A DNA stretch of 64,000 bases. Source: Entomortierella parvispora E1425. Lineage: Eukaryota; Fungi; Mortierellomycota. Below, piece after piece: positions 1-10,216 of the stretch. The notes beneath the pieces were generated by a model. It worked only from the letters and a program-made list of their open reading frames with translations. It did no database searches and was not told the origin of the DNA. A program made the position numbers and the translations under genes. The stretch spans positions 558,001-622,000 of the forward strand of contig BQFW01000014.1 in assembly GCA_020891255.1 (NCBI GenBank), read 5' to 3'. Every line of letters starts with the position of its first letter. Within the stretch, counting starts at the first letter, position 1.

Positions 1-255
1 GTAGAGTGGAGACGCGAAAGCAAGGGAGAGACGAGACGTTGCGGTCGAAAATGGTTTATGAAGGGGGAAACGTGGAGCACGAAGGGGAGCTGAAAGAAGG
101 TGGAGAATCGACGAAGAAATCATTGGCGTTTGGTCGCTTCCTCAGGGGCTCAATTTTTATGGCCAAGTCACTTTGCCTCAGCATTTACGATCGCGCGATC
201 TCCTCTCACGTGAGATCACGAAACGCGGGTCGGTTGCCCCTGCATGGTCCTTTAC

Positions 256-1009
256 AAAAGAGTTTTGGTCGCGATAGCCCTGATAGGTCCCCACGTTTCG
301 TGTCTTGACAGTGATCTGTTTGGACCTGCCATTGTCATTTATAAATGTCCTCGCGACCGTGTTCTTGCAAAGTACCGGCAGTTTAGTCGAGCAGGTCAAC
401 TGGGAGACTGTGCCACTTGGTTGATCCAGCCCTGAACATTGAGAGGCATCTACGTGTTGTTCGATTCGAGAAGAATGCGATTTTAGCGATGTCGCGACCA
501 CCAAGAACACCACTTTTTTCCCTTTTTTTTTCTTCAAAGATTGATATCATCTGGCTTACCATTGCTCCCCACCCAAAAATGACGGGTGCTATTGATTTCA
601 GGTTGGACTACAGGAGAGTTGCTCAACAGGGAGGCAATGTCACCGTGCCTTGAAGACAGAGCCATTTCTACAGAGGAGGAGGAATCGCGAATGATATTAG
701 AATCAGTTTGGGTAACTTGTAAAACTCGCTGTTACCTTTACCCAGGATTGCACACGCATCCATGCCCTCCTTGTATATCCTTCAATGAGACAGGAGAATG
801 ATAGGGCGCTTCAGTGTCGTAGAGTCTACATCATTGTCGAGTATGATATGAACACCCCCCATACTGTCGGCCGATGGTGCATTCTGAGAGAGTGTTGGAG
901 GAATCTGAAACTGGCCCTGTGTACGTTTGCGCTAAGAGTCGCCAGATGATGAGGAGACGAGCAGGGCAGCTATAAGAAGTGCCGTAAAAGACAAAAGGAC
1001 CATGGTCAT
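256..1009 (-). pseudogene. N-terminal relic of a secreted type-B carboxylesterase/lipase gene (3 exons, two premature stops, truncated)
   Basis: Exons 1009-736, 667-560, 449-256 with GT-AG introns in consistent phase. Translation: MTMVLLSFTALLIAALLVSSSSGDS*...GGVHIILDNDVDSTTLKRPIILLSH*RIYKEGMDACAILGK-EMALSS...HFWVGSN-DASQCSG...LPVLCKNT...QITVKTRNVGTYQGYRDQNSF. In-frame stops at 934-932 (TAG) and 784-782 (TGA). The LPVLC...ITV.T..G...GYRD..SF motif is, from recall, the lead-in to the fungal carboxylesterase domain, but the expected RFLGIPYA does not follow. Confidence 0.7.
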
Positions 1010-1739
1010 TAATGTGAGTGGATGTCAAACGTGGGGGAGTGGAAAGAAAGGAAGGTGAAAGTGGCAAGAAGAAAAAAAAAAATGTGCTGCTGTGGCGATT
1101 CCGACATCTGAACTACAGTTGGGTATCCCTCCGTTGATTTTGAGCCGGGAGCCGCGCTTAGAAAATGCCTAGGATGAGATCATGAAAATACTTCTTCAAA
1201 AGTCGAAGCGCAGAGCCGGGTACGGGAAATCTGCTGGCGGCATAGAACTCAGGGGATGTCCTCGTGCCAATCAACGAGAATATTGCGGACTCTGGATTAC
1301 CCAGGATGGTTGCGCGTGGGCAACGACACACCGTACCGCTCCCCCCCCCCCCCCCCTTTTTTTACAATTGCCTGGTTTTGGCAAGCTTTGCACTCCTTTT
1401 TTTTGCCTCGTGCGATGTGGGCTGTAGTGTTTGAAAATGGCTTGTTCACCAGCATGGATGTGGGCTGTAGTTTACAGGGCATGCTGTTTTGTTTAGAGTC
1501 GAATCCAGTGAGCCCAAGCTAAGAGCCTGCTGCTGCAAATGGATGGGTAGAGAAGCTGTCCTCCTAGCGGCCAGGACCATCCGCATTCTTCCAAACTACG
1601 AACAATAACACCACACATTCTCCATCGGCTACAACAACATCGAGATCAGGCTTGGGGGGGGGGGGTTAATTCTGACGATTTATTATTTACATCGAAAAGA
1701 GGATGTCTATGAAGGAAGTGGTGGAGAGGGAGCGAGGAG

Positions 1740-2441
1740 TTAAGCGGCCTGAACGACACCTCTCTCCAGATCCGGGTTTTGGGTTGATGGACCCATCTCG
1801 ATAGTTTCAGCAGCTGCGGTGTTTGAGGGACGCTTCTCCATCTCTTCCTGGACCCAAGCCGCCGATCCGATGTTGGATCGCGCGTACAAGACCAACTCCA
1901 CCAAGACGAGCAAGCTGACGATCAACATGATGATTGTCCTGGCCTGCATGGCCCCACAAATGCCCACCACTTCGTTCGTCTGGGGGGACATCTTGGCGGC
2001 AGCTTTCAGGTCACTGCCAAACTTGCCCCAGCAAGCCACGGCCGCGTTGTCATAGGCCATGTTGTAAATATTTCCAGGCATCTGTGCGGCGGTCGAAGGC
2101 GACATTGACAAAAGCTTGTAGTCCCGGTTGATAGCCGCGGTATTGGCCAATTCCATGCAGGGCGCGATCAGGGACAAGACCAAGAAGACAAGACGCCAAA
2201 AGATTTGCTGTCCTCGCTTTTGTTGAACAGGCGCTGGTTTCACTCCACCATAGCTCCTCTTGCCAAGGGACAGGAGCAAATAAGGAATAAAGCCCCAGAT
2301 ATCGGCCAAAAACACTGCGACGAAGTATCCAATGGAGGTTTGGACTCTGTTCGTGCGGTAACAATCTAGGCAGAAGCAAACAAAAGAGAGGAAACCAGCG
2401 GTGCCGGCAATCCGTCGCAGATGATCGATGGTGACCGCCAT
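1740..2441 (-). CDS. Uncharacterised 4-TM (MARVEL-like topology) membrane protein, paralog A
   Basis: Single-exon ORF. ATG at 2441 (MAVTIDHLRR) aligns with the start of paralog B. Four hydrophobic segments plus Cys motifs CFCLDCY, AVACWG and CGAMQART. Confidence 0.8.
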   Translation of the reverse strand: MAVTIDHLRRIAGTAGFLSFVCFCLDCYRTNRVQTSIGYFVAVFLADIWGFIPYLLLSLGKRSYGGVKPAPVQQKRGQQIFWRLVFLVLSLIAPCMELANTAAINRDYKLLSMSPSTAAQMPGNIYNMAYDNAAVACWGKFGSDLKAAAKMSPQTNEVVGICGAMQARTIIMLIVSLLVLVELVLYARSNIGSAAWVQEEMEKRPSNTAAAETIEMGPSTQNPDLERGVVQAA

Positions 2442-2877
2442 GTCTTTTGTAAGAAGTGGGTGGAGGAGGGGGAAGAAGGAAATTTGAGTGGGGAGCTGAA
2501 CAAAAGTGAATGACATTTATAGTCTTGAGTGAAAGTCCTTCCATGTTGGAAGAGCGGAGAAGAAGCCTCGGAACCATTAGTCAAGTCTACTCAGCTGCGA
2601 GTGAAATACTCTAGCGCTGCAATGCATCCCGTCGTGCCTGTGGGTCGACAGAGCAAATGCTCTCGACCCATCCCCATCTCAAAACAAAAAAATTCAAGGT
2701 TGTGCCTTTTCCCTTCAAAATCGTCGAGGGAAATATTCTTTGCTGTAGACGCGAAAGGGTCGCTTGCACGGTATCTCCCAAAAAAGAGGGTTGTCATCCC
2801 ACACCACTTTTTTGGGCCGAGCGACGACTATAGGCTTAATCTTCATTACAGGGTATCATTACATGAAAAGAGGGCGA

Positions 2878-3618
2878 CTATATCTGGGAAAGGGTGTGGA
2901 GGTTAGAGTTTAACGGGGTATATAAAAGCTCGGGAGAGGTGGGGACCGTGGGTTCGACAACAGCAGGAGCAAAGCGGAATCCGGGACCGTCCATCTCAAT
3001 TGCAGCGGTGGCATGAGTGGCGTCTGAAGCATTCTTCTTCAGCTCTTCTTGGACCCATTCTTCTGTTCCAATATCCGATCTCGCGTACAGCACCGTCTCC
3101 ACCATGACCAACAACCCGACGATCAACATAAGGACTGTCCTTGCCTGCATGGCTCCGCACATGGCAAACACTTCATCCTGACTGGGAGACGTCGTTACAT
3201 AGCTTTTCAAATGCTTGCCGAACGCGCCCCAACAAGCCACTGCAGGATCTCCAGAGATCAAGTCAAGCATCTGCGACGTGGACATGTTCTGTATGCCAGC
3301 GTTGAGATTCTCGGCATTGACTAATTGGATGAGGGGTGCAATCAGGGCCAAAACAAAGAAGAAAAGGCGCCCAAGAATTTGATGTCTTCGGTTTTGTTGA
3401 ATGGGCATTCCGTTCGACCTGCCATAGCTCTTTTTGCCAAGTGTCAAGAGAGAATAAGGGAGGAAGCCCCAGATGTCGGCCAAAAAGAGCACGATCAAGT
3501 AGCCAGTAGAGCTTTGAGCGCCGCCGGTAGTTCGGTAACAATCCAAGCAGAAGCAAATGAGGGAGATAAAAACCGCGGTGCCGGCAATCCGACGCATGGT
3601 CTTGATAGAAACCTCCAT
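2878..3618 (-). CDS. Uncharacterised 4-TM membrane protein, tandem paralog B
   Basis: 246 aa ORF clearly homologous to 1740-2441 (RRIAGTA, CFCLDCYRT, FLADIWGF.PY.LL.LGK.SYG, AVACWG.FG, CGAMQART, LYARS.IG). Confidence 0.85.
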   Translation of the reverse strand: MEVSIKTMRRIAGTAVFISLICFCLDCYRTTGGAQSSTGYLIVLFLADIWGFLPYSLLTLGKKSYGRSNGMPIQQNRRHQILGRLFFFVLALIAPLIQLVNAENLNAGIQNMSTSQMLDLISGDPAVACWGAFGKHLKSYVTTSPSQDEVFAMCGAMQARTVLMLIVGLLVMVETVLYARSDIGTEEWVQEELKKNASDATHATAAIEMDGPGFRFAPAVVEPTVPTSPELLYTPLNSNLHTLSQI

Positions 3619-4160
3619 GTCTTTTTGCAGAAGCGTGGAAGGAGTAAGAGAAAATTGAAGTTTGAGTTGGGGATCGAATGAGAGGACGATGGGTGGTTAC
3701 TTATAGACGTCTGAGAGGAGTCCTTACGTGCTATACATTACCGAGCAGAACCGAGCATGGGAGCCTGGGAAGCGTGAAAACAAAGTGCTGAGGGCGAGCG
3801 CCTCTCATTAGTCTGTGAGTCGACATCCGAATGCTCACAGCCCATTCTTGTGAACAAAAAGAAATCAGAGTTCCTGGTATGCTTTTCTTTCAAAGGCGTC
3901 TTCCAGGGTTGTCGCAGTTGAGAAAAGAAAAGGGCGTACAAATGCAGCTGCCGTTTGACCCCGCTTTTGATCACGCCAATACACAAAAGAGCTGGGAAGT
4001 GCCCTTTGTGGACTAAAGAGGCATACTTTTGCTTGATTTGGTCTTTGTCGACTTTTCCAATCCCAAAGCCCATCGCTTGAGTCTTTCGCCCAGACATGTG
4101 GTTTTCGAAGCAAGAATCTCCAATGAAAGCCCCATTTATTTTTTGGTTCAATATTTGGGT

Positions 4161-6318
4161 CTAAATCTGCAAGTCATCCAGGGTTTCATCAATCTGCTTG
4201 AGCTTCAAAAAGACATCGCAGCCATAACCCTGAAGAGGTATCAGGTCGATTTTCCCACCAAAATATTGAGCATAGATCCTCGTCAGCGGCAATCTAATTG
4301 AGAGCAGTCGAAAGAGATGACTGTTAGAGACAAGGTCGAATTCCAACACCTTTGATTGCCGATGGAAACCACATAGTCTTTCGGTGTTACCCAAATCCTA
4401 GTCCAGCGATAGGACCTCCCAAGCCGGCTTGCATCGCCAATCGACTGACGCCCTTGAAAATACTGTCAACTCCATAAGGCGAATCTCCTGCGCCGGCATC
4501 CGTGTTTTCAAATGGTGAAGACTCGTTCTCGTTCTTCACCGTCGTGAATGAGTAGTCAAAAATGGCGTCAAAATCCTCCCTGGAGATACCTCCTCCATGA
4601 TCCCGAATCCGGATTGTAATTTCGTGATCACCTTTGGCGATGGTCACCTCCACAGGTGGATGGCCAAACTCATTGGGTCGTTTTGTCAGATCTTGAAGCT
4701 CATCCTCTTCATTCATAATCACGGTGCTAGCCTTGCTGGTGCCGCTCTGTGATAGGGATGTGCGCGTTTCCTGGTGACCTCCATGTCCGTGTGGGTTCAA
4801 AGCTGACCGACCCATCTTTTGAGAATGCTCCACTGTGGCGCGGACAGAGTTCTTGAGTAGCTCGCAAAGGATATACTCCAAATGCACAGGTACATACGTA
4901 AAAGTGGTATCCGTTTGGCCATTAATCACGACCTCGGGACTTGATCCATAGTTGACATCACACAATTCCTGCACAAAGGATGCACAGGATCGAATCAACT
5001 CTGCAGGCTTCAGTTCCCGATCCACGACTCCAACCCATCTCTTGGAGCCTTTGTCGCCTCCCAAGGCGGTCTCCTTTTCTGATGAAGAGCCGTCCGCTTC
5101 CAGATGTCCATCCTGGTGGCGCTGTTCCTGCAACGAGATAACTTGTTCTGCAATCAATCGAATACCGATACGTGCCCTGATCATCTCGTCCAAAAACTTT
5201 TTGATATCGTCTTTTTTCATGTACTTTTTGCATTCTTGGAATCCTAAAAAAAAAAAAAAAAAAATCCACGAACAAAAATGTGGTCCAAAGATAAGAAATA
5301 GGATCATAGACATTTCAAAGACATCCTCCTGCCTTTATGAGATTCTATTTTCGTACCTTGTGAAAGCATCGGGACCACATCTGCATGGGACTCGACCAGC
5401 CCCTGCAGAACAGCTGCAAACCGATCAAGGGCCTCCTTGTCCTCGATTTCCTCCGGACTGGCTGTAATGGTCTGGAATGAGTCATAGTAAAGCTTATACA
5501 CCCGTTTGATGTATGGGTTGGTACCGACAATGAATGGCAGTTTCTGGGTCGCCTTGATCAATCGTGCCAAACGGACTGGCAACTCTTTGCGTGCATAACG
5601 GGCGACGCCCAGATTGACTTCCAGATCCGTTGAATGTTGCTGCTGCTGTTGATCCTCTGAGGCTGTGGAGGACGATCCTGAACGACCAAGACCAAGCAAT
5701 GTCTTCAAGGTCACAGTCTGAATTTCCTGACTTGCATACTATTATTATTGAATCATGAAAAAGAGGAGGAGAAAGAGTTAGCGGCAAGGATACCAGGGAA
5801 TGACAAAGGTAGGCCCAGTGGAAAACTATACCCGTTATGTTATCGTAGCATTCGCATTCGTTGATTTGATTTACCTGAGTCACCTTGTCGTCATAAAATG
5901 AAACCACGTCGTCCGATTCCTTAGGCTCAGATTGAGTGAAGACGGTCCTCCGAGCTTGCAGTAAGGACGGCACGCACGATGGGAGGACGATCACCTCTGA
6001 TACAGACGATGACGACAGCTGGACCGTCCGTTTGCTATGGCCTGCGATGCGTCCGGCACTGGCACGTCCTTGTGGCGGAGCTTGGATCGAAAGACTGCGT
6101 TTTGAGCCGGCGGCGATGCTTCTTGCCAATGGTCTGGGAGCTGAAGAGACCAGCGTGGAGGTGGAAGTAAGGACAGCTCTTGCTGCTGAGGAGCTAGAGT
6201 GGCGGCAAAGCAGAATTGCAGGCTGGCGAGCTGTCCATTGGGTAGATGCGCCAGCATGAGCAGCTTCGGATGATCTGCCGACAAGTCTGGCAATGTGCCG
6301 TGTCCGCTGCGAGTTCAT
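4161..6318 (-). CDS. Mitochondrial alpha-ketoacid dehydrogenase kinase (PDK/BCKDK family, GHKL fold)
   Basis: Exons 6318-5875, 5738-5357, 5243-4391, 4293-4161. Arg/Ser-rich targeting leader. Motifs ELPVRLARLI, ELLKNSVRAT (N box), IRIRDHGGGI (G1), AGLGFGLPLTRIYAQYFGG (G2). Confidence 0.93.
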
Positions 6319-6698
6319 GGAGTAGTTGGAGTAGTTGGATGAAAAGATGGGGTCAGGAAGAAAAAAGATTGCAAATCGGACTAGAGACAAAAGAAACAAA
6401 AGCAGAGCGCAGGACGGAAGGAAAAGAAGGAAGGAAAAGAAGGAAGGAGCAAAGATGGACGGATGGATGGATGGAACAAATGAACTTTGACAGAAGGGCA
6501 CAAAAAAAAGGAGAGAAAACACGGGCACACAGAACGATGCTGGATCGTGACTCGGCCGCAACTTTCTCACGCGTGTCCACTTTCCTTCTCTGCCTCTGCC
6601 CCTGTGCGACCATGGCATGGCAAAAGCATTCGTTCACTCGTTCATTTGCTTTGCTTCTATTATTATTAATCCTTTATTCATGCTTCCTTCGAAGGACT

Positions 6699-8567
6699 TC
6701 AAAGACTCAGCAGGCGCTGCACAGTCGCACTGTGTGTCTGGGTGGTCGCTACGCTCTCGCTCAACTCCACCACCAGTCCACCGTCCACAGACTCGGTGCA
6801 CAGTAGAGGGCCTACGCTCATCTCCTCAAATCCAGACCACACACCAGCGACGGCCTCCCTTGCGGCATCTGAAAGAACAATGCAAAAGATCGCGTCGAAT
6901 CCACCAGCTAATAGAAACAGAAACAAGACTACAGTTAGAGCAGTGCACAGGATTTCTCCCTCATTAATAAAGAAAAAAAACCCCTTACCTCCAGGAACTC
7001 CTGCCATGAGAACACCAGGAATTTCAAGGCAAGCATCCAAAAGTCTCGACTGCTCCTTGGGCTCTACAGGCACCTCTGACAACTCACTCATCTCGCGCAA
7101 GTACCGGCGCACGGACTGGAACTCTTCGTAAATCTTCACCAACAGCTCCATAGTCGCATCCCGTCCCAGGATCGATTGTCTGACAAGTCCCTCCCACGAG
7201 GTCGCTGGTGCCTCGCTGGCTTTCTCCACAGCCAAGGCATAGTCCTTGGGATGATCCTTTGACATTTGATCCAGCTCCTTGAGCAAAGCCACGACTCGAT
7301 CGTTAGCAGCTCCAAGATGATCCCACAGTCCATTCGCCTCCTCAGGCTTGTTCTTTCTCCATTTGAGGACATTCGAGACCAAAGTGGGCGTATGACTTCC
7401 TGCATCGATATCTGCCAGCATGAGATGCAACCTGGGCGCCAACTGGAAAGGAACAACCTCATTGTCCCATTTTGTCTGCGAGGGATCCAAAACTTTCAAC
7501 AAGCCAGGGATGTCGTTCTTGGCATCGTGGTTCATAACTTCCTGAAGCAACTCGGGTCTGAACCGTCTGTACGTGTGGCTTCCCCACACAGCGGACGAGA
7601 CATCAAAACCACTGCCGACCTTGCCTTGAGCAAGACAATGGACAAACTGGGCGGCGTTATGAAGGAACTGCTTGTGGGTGAGGGTATCCTTGGGGTTGGA
7701 ATCCTGGACCTTGAAATGGGTGAAAAGCGCCGCGACCAAGGAGGTAATCAGTGCCGCAGAAGATCCCAGTCCTGTTTTGTTGACCTTGCTCAAGGTCGTG
7801 TGTGTTGAGGCAAAAAGAGGAATCTGTTTCAGCGAATCTGCAGTCAGAGGCAGACCAAGGTTGTCGAGCTAAATAACAGTGCATCATGTCCAAGAGATGT
7901 CAGTGTCTGTGTTTTGCTTTTATCCTGCTCATGCTTCGTTTGAGTAACATTGCTCGTAAAACGAACCTCCTTCCTTTGAGAGTAAAAGTCGTTGTTTCCT
8001 GCGATCACAATCTCCAGTCCAGAGTCAAGTGTTGCCTTCATTCTCTCTGTGGGAATCAGATGGCCCATCATGCCTAGAGAGTAAACCAAAGCCAACTCCA
8101 CGAACGTGTTTCGGGATTCATCCTCGTTGCTATTCCCGCGACAGTTCAACCATTAGCAACTATTTCAAGACATCATTACGCCCCATGTACGTATTGCTTT
8201 CTTTACCTTGGGGCGACCTGCACCTCCTTGCCGTGGATGTGGACCCAATAAGTCCAGGTAGCGCTCTGAAATTGAGGTGATCGCACAGTGATCCGGAAAG
8301 GACTGGTGGCGGTAGCTCTTGGGGAATGAGCAGGGCGAATTAGGGTATAGAAGCGGGCGTCGGTGGCGACGACCAAGCCCGAGAATGCGGGGTCGAGGAC
8401 AAGGTAGCCTCCGGTCAGGAGGACCTTTCCTGGGGCAGAGACGATCCTATAGATTAAGAATAGAAAGAATAGAGGCGCGTGCTGGTGATTAGACGACGAG
8501 GATGACAACGACGAGCTGCAGGGACGCGAGCAAGAGCGGACTGTGGCACATACGTGGTGTGGGTCAT
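6699..8567 (-). CDS. ERG8: Phosphomevalonate kinase
   Basis: Exons 8567-8554 (MTHTT), 8446-8207, 8129-7967, 7868-6989, 6907-6699. Motifs SAPGKVLLTGGYLVLD, NNDFYSQ, KTGLGSSAA, AQGKVGSGFDVSSAVWG, GVPGAGGFDAIF. Confidence 0.95.
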
Positions 8568-8660
8568 TGTTCAGGGTGATGAATGCAACAGAGGCGATGC
8601 AGACCGAGAAAGGGGATGATGAATGGATGAATGAATGATGAGTGGAGGGGGTGGGAAACA

Positions 8661-8689
8661 AAGAGAACAAGAGAACAAGAGAACAAGAG
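8661..8689 (+). repeat. Short tandem repeat (AAGAGAAC) x ~3.6 upstream of ERG8
   Basis: Direct reading: aagagaac aagagaac aagagaac aagag. Confidence 0.7.
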
Positions 8690-9663
8690 GTGCGAGAATA
8701 GAGCGGACAATCGAATATCGGGGCCAAGAGAGGAGGGGAGCTCAACTCAAAAGTGGACTGATCGTCCTCTGATATGTGCCATATGTACGAAGGTGCGGTG
8801 CTCTCTCTTTCTGTCAATGAGTCCGTTGCAGGACACGCGATCACGCAACTTCCGCTCCGTCACGAGGTTCAAAAAAAATCTAGTTGAAAAGAGATCTCTT
8901 CACAACAGATCTCTTGCTCCTTCCTTCTCTCCTTCTCCCCCTCCTTGACTGCACCCGCCTCCTTTCCTGCTCTTTGCTCCGTCCCCTCTGCCTGCGTGAA
9001 CAGGGAAATCAAAAAGGTATGCCCCCCCCCCCCCCCCGTGTCCAACCATCAAACTGCTCCTTCCACCTCTTAATACACACTACACCCACTTTTAAGTCAG
9101 AGCGTCTGTTGCCCTCTCCTTCTGTGAGGAGCTTCCTCGTGGAGCTTTCTCACTGCAAGGAAGTAGTTGGTCGTTTGCTCGTTACAAATGTGGAAGATTA
9201 ATGTTCCCACCGCCTGCTCTGTGTCTTGTTTTAAGACGCTTGCGAATGTGTGGGATGGCGTTTCATGAGAGTTGAAGATCTCATCAACCCATACTCGGGA
9301 TCTCGTATCTCGTTTTCTCCGATGGATTTTCTTAGTGTTTGAAACAAATATTCCCTCCTCTTTTCACCTCTTCTTTTTTTCTCTTTTCTTTCCTTGTTGT
9401 CAACAACACCAATGAATGAATGAATGTGAATGAAGATGCAAAGTGGCTAACAAATCTCTTTGTTTTGATTTGCTAGGTTTGTTGTCTTGATCCGATGCTG
9501 TCCTCCAGAATATCTTTTAAAAAAAATAATAAAAACGGTGTTGTCATACCATGCACTTGCACCTGCCCCTTTTTCTATGATTCTATCTTGTCTTTCCTTT
9601 CAACCTTTCAACCTTTCTTTCCTACCTCCATTTGAATCGCCTGAACTTTTGCACTCAAGGAAA

Positions 9664-9963
9664 ATGTTGCCTATCCAAACTCGTCCTCTTGGTTTCTTGA
9701 CCCTCATTGTCATTGTCGTCTGTGCTTTGACCTTGACCTCCATTGACGCCGCCAGCGTCTGTCCGGCCGGGATGATAGCAGCTTGTGGAATGAACGATTG
9801 CACACGCACTTGCGATGGAAGTGAACGCGGCTATTCTTGCACCAAGATCTGCTTCCAAGGCGGCTGCACCTGCGACCAGGAGAATGGCTACTTTCGACAG
9901 ACTCGCACCTCTTCAAAGTGCGTGAAGTGTATCCCTCCCACCATCGGACCCGAAAAAAAATAA
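9664..9963 (+). CDS. Small secreted 10-Cys protein with a TIL (trypsin-inhibitor-like) domain
   Basis: 99 aa from ATG 9664. Signal peptide MLPIQTRPLGFLTLIVIVVCALTLTSIDAA, then C-x7-C-x4-C-x3-C-x8-C-x3-C-x4-C-x-C-x15-C-x2-C containing CP, CTRTC, GCTC, GYFR and KCV, which are TIL hallmarks. Stop is followed by an aataaa-like signal. Confidence 0.8.
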   Translation: MLPIQTRPLGFLTLIVIVVCALTLTSIDAASVCPAGMIAACGMNDCTRTCDGSERGYSCTKICFQGGCTCDQENGYFRQTRTSSKCVKCIPPTIGPEKK

Positions 9964-10216
9964 TAAATTCCTCTCCCAGAAAACGAATGCTAGTACTTTC
10001 TCCTTGAGATTTGCATACGGGATGTCATCCTGCACCTCTCTCCGTTGGCTCGTCTCCTCTATGTTACTAATTGCGTGCAAAGATCATCTGTGTGGGCTTT
10101 CACTTCCAAAATAAAAAAGACCGTGTCAACATTCTTCACCTGGTGCATGTCGGATCTGTCAGGTATTTGGACATTTGTTTATTAGAGTGTGTTTTTTTTT
10201 ATCCACAGGCATCATC

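Noticed and set aside
5494-6618. 374-aa ORF as an independent gene
   Set aside because: It is a chimera of intergenic sequence, kinase exon 1 (6318-5875) and intron read-through.
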